Shown here piece after piece: positions 62,297 through 64,000 of a DNA stretch of 64,000 bases. Location: the NCBI GenBank assembly GCA_965223335.1, contig OZ244991.1, forward strand, positions 1,984,001-2,048,000, given 5' to 3'. Position 1 is the stretch's first letter. Every line of letters begins with the position of its first letter. The position numbers and the translations under genes were made by a program. This DNA comes from Thermodesulfobacteriota bacterium (lineage in GTDB: Bacteria > Desulfobacterota_D > UBA1144 > Nemesobacterales > UBA2774). The notes beneath the pieces are model-generated. The model was not told the DNA's origin and did no database searches. It worked only from the letters and a program-made list of their open reading frames with translations.

Positions 62297-62433
62297 AATT
62301 GTAACCTAATCTAAAAATTATATCAAGAGGTTAAAACTATTAAATGCAAATAATTACCATTAAGTGCTAAGTTTTGATTATTTATGTGGATCGTATTTAT
62401 GTGTAACCTAAGTAGTAAGAGTGCAATGAACTG

Positions 62434-63693
62434 ATGAATGACAATTTCCCCTACCTAAGTCAACTGAGTATGCATGTAGTAAAACCCGGTCTTGAGAGGA
62501 TACAGTCGTTGCTCGAGCTTCTCGGTAATCCTGAAAGCTCACTAAAGTCAGTAATAATCGGAGGGACAAACGGGAAAGGCTCTGTGACTGAGATAATGTC
62601 GAATGTTCTTAAAGCGTGCGGGTATAGAGTGGGGAAATATACCTCACCCCATCTGGTGAGGGTTAACGAAAGAATAAATATAGACGGCCGGGATATTTCG
62701 GATCCGGAACTTGTCGGTTTGCTCGAACGCATAGAAAGGTGTGTTCTTGAGAACCAAATAGAGCAGCCCAGCTACTTTGAGGTTTTGACTGCATGTGCGT
62801 TCCTGTATTTTGCCGAACAAGAAGTCGATATTGCACTACTGGAAGTCGGAATGGGCGGGTGCTGGGACGCGACAAATGTAGCCGGTCCGATGCTCTCAGT
62901 AATTACGTCGATCGGCATGGATCATACAGAGTACCTGGGCAGTGACCTGAGTGCGGTGGCGCGGGAGAAATCGGGAATTGTAAAGCCCGGTGTGCCTGTT
63001 GTTTGCGGTGCCAGAGGTGAGCCATCGGATATTATTCATGAGACTGCTGATCAAACAAAATCCACTGTTTATCAGATTGATCGGGATTTTAGTGTGCGAG
63101 GTGAGGATACGGATAATTTTAGTTACACAGGCATAGATTGGGGTTTTAATGACCTCGAATCTAGTCTCTTGGGTAGGTATCAACTGGGGAATATCGCATG
63201 TGCTTTGGCCGGGCTAGAGATACTGCAGACTGAACATGGATACCGAATAGAGGAGAGTAATATTAGGGCGGGATTAAAAAGTGTCAATTGGCCCGGGAGG
63301 TTTGAACTCATATCAAATGATCCACCGATAATATTGGATGGGGCACATAATGCAGAGGCAGCTAGTGCACTCACGGTGTCGATAAAACAACTGTTTGGAG
63401 ACCTCAAGTTTGTCTTTGTGGTAGGAATGCTAAAGAACAAGGATCATGAGGGTTTTTTAAGTGAGATAACCGGTGTGGCATCGAATATTATATTCACAAC
63501 ACTCCCGGGTGTGGAGTGTATGGCACCGGACAAGTTAAGCGCTATAGGCAGCAAATATATGGATAATCTTTCTGTTGCCGATGATTGTTTTGAGGCCTAC
63601 AATAAGGCTCTTGAGTCGGGTGAGCCGGTATGTGTGACTGGGTCTTTATACCTTGTAGGTGCTCTTAGGCAGGCTGCGCAGTGCCGTTGCTAA
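62434..63693 (+). CDS. folC: Folylpolyglutamate synthase/dihydrofolate synthase
   Basis: GTNGKGS, TSPHL, EVGMGG..DATN, WPGRF, DGAHN, TGSLY. Confidence 0.95.
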   Translation: MNDNFPYLSQLSMHVVKPGLERIQSLLELLGNPESSLKSVIIGGTNGKGSVTEIMSNVLKACGYRVGKYTSPHLVRVNERINIDGRDISDPELVGLLERIERCVLENQIEQPSYFEVLTACAFLYFAEQEVDIALLEVGMGGCWDATNVAGPMLSVITSIGMDHTEYLGSDLSAVAREKSGIVKPGVPVVCGARGEPSDIIHETADQTKSTVYQIDRDFSVRGEDTDNFSYTGIDWGFNDLESSLLGRYQLGNIACALAGLEILQTEHGYRIEESNIRAGLKSVNWPGRFELISNDPPIILDGAHNAEAASALTVSIKQLFGDLKFVFVVGMLKNKDHEGFLSEITGVASNIIFTTLPGVECMAPDKLSAIGSKYMDNLSVADDCFEAYNKALESGEPVCVTGSLYLVGALRQAAQCRC

Positions 63694-63722
63694 GATCCGT
63701 AAAGTAGTATAGCTTAGTCTCC

Positions 63723-64000
63723 ATGAGCGGCAGCGATACACCGCGGCTGGCAATAGTGATCGACAAGCTGTTTGCGGACCATGATAACGGGATGGGACAC
63801 CCTGAATCGCAGGAACGCATATTAGCCATAGCGGATATGCTTAGGGAAACAAAGCTATTGGACGAGCTCCCAAACCTCGAGCCCCGGGACGCCACCAAAG
63901 ATGAGATCACACTCGTCCACGACCCCGAATACTATGACAAGATAGCATCTACACGAGGCAAACCGAGGGTATTTCTAGACGCCGATACCTCGACCTGCCC
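63723..64000 (+). CDS. Histone deacetylase family protein (3' end outside window)
   Basis: Hand translation: MSGSDTPRLAIVIDKLFADHDNGMGHPESQER...LVHDPEY...LDADT, with HPE..R and VH motifs. Confidence 0.8.
   Translation, partial: MSGSDTPRLAIVIDKLFADHDNGMGHPESQERILAIADMLRETKLLDELPNLEPRDATKDEITLVHDPEYYDKIASTRGKPRVFLDADTSTC

Noticed and set aside
1..64000. tRNA, rRNA, IS, integrase or prophage genes
   Set aside because: None recognised by eye; tRNAscan-SE or Infernal would be needed to exclude small RNAs.

Overview
Bacterial chromosomal window, Gram-negative and deltaproteobacteria-like in gene order. Candidatus Dadabacteria is a plausible but unverified guess. Most genes are housekeeping: metH, hemB, glnS, Mla-type ABC operon, PDH complex, ileS, lutABC, PBP1A, cysK, ftsH-folP-cdaA-cdaR-glmM-pdxJ, fur, folC. 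The main find is an AT-rich, minus-strand lasso-peptide (RiPP) cluster at 3313-9042, in the order RRE/B1, B2 peptidase, HPr-like kinase, cyclase, precursor, SAM methyltransferase, nucleotidyltransferase. Its 52-aa precursor (5443-5601, minus) is missing from the ORF track and was translated by hand. It has an exact YxxPxLxxxGxxxxxT leader and a predicted core KTGPFSDSSPQNPSRPN, implying an unusual Lys1-Asp7 ring and no C-terminal Ser for the kinase. Other signals: a dif (XerCD) site at 48576-48603 followed by four inverted XerD-arm-like repeats, several apparently leaderless promoters, an IleRS missing most Zn-binding cysteines, a PurN-like protein lacking catalytic residues, and a Fur box upstream of fur. 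All calls come from motif recognition by eye; no database searches were run.
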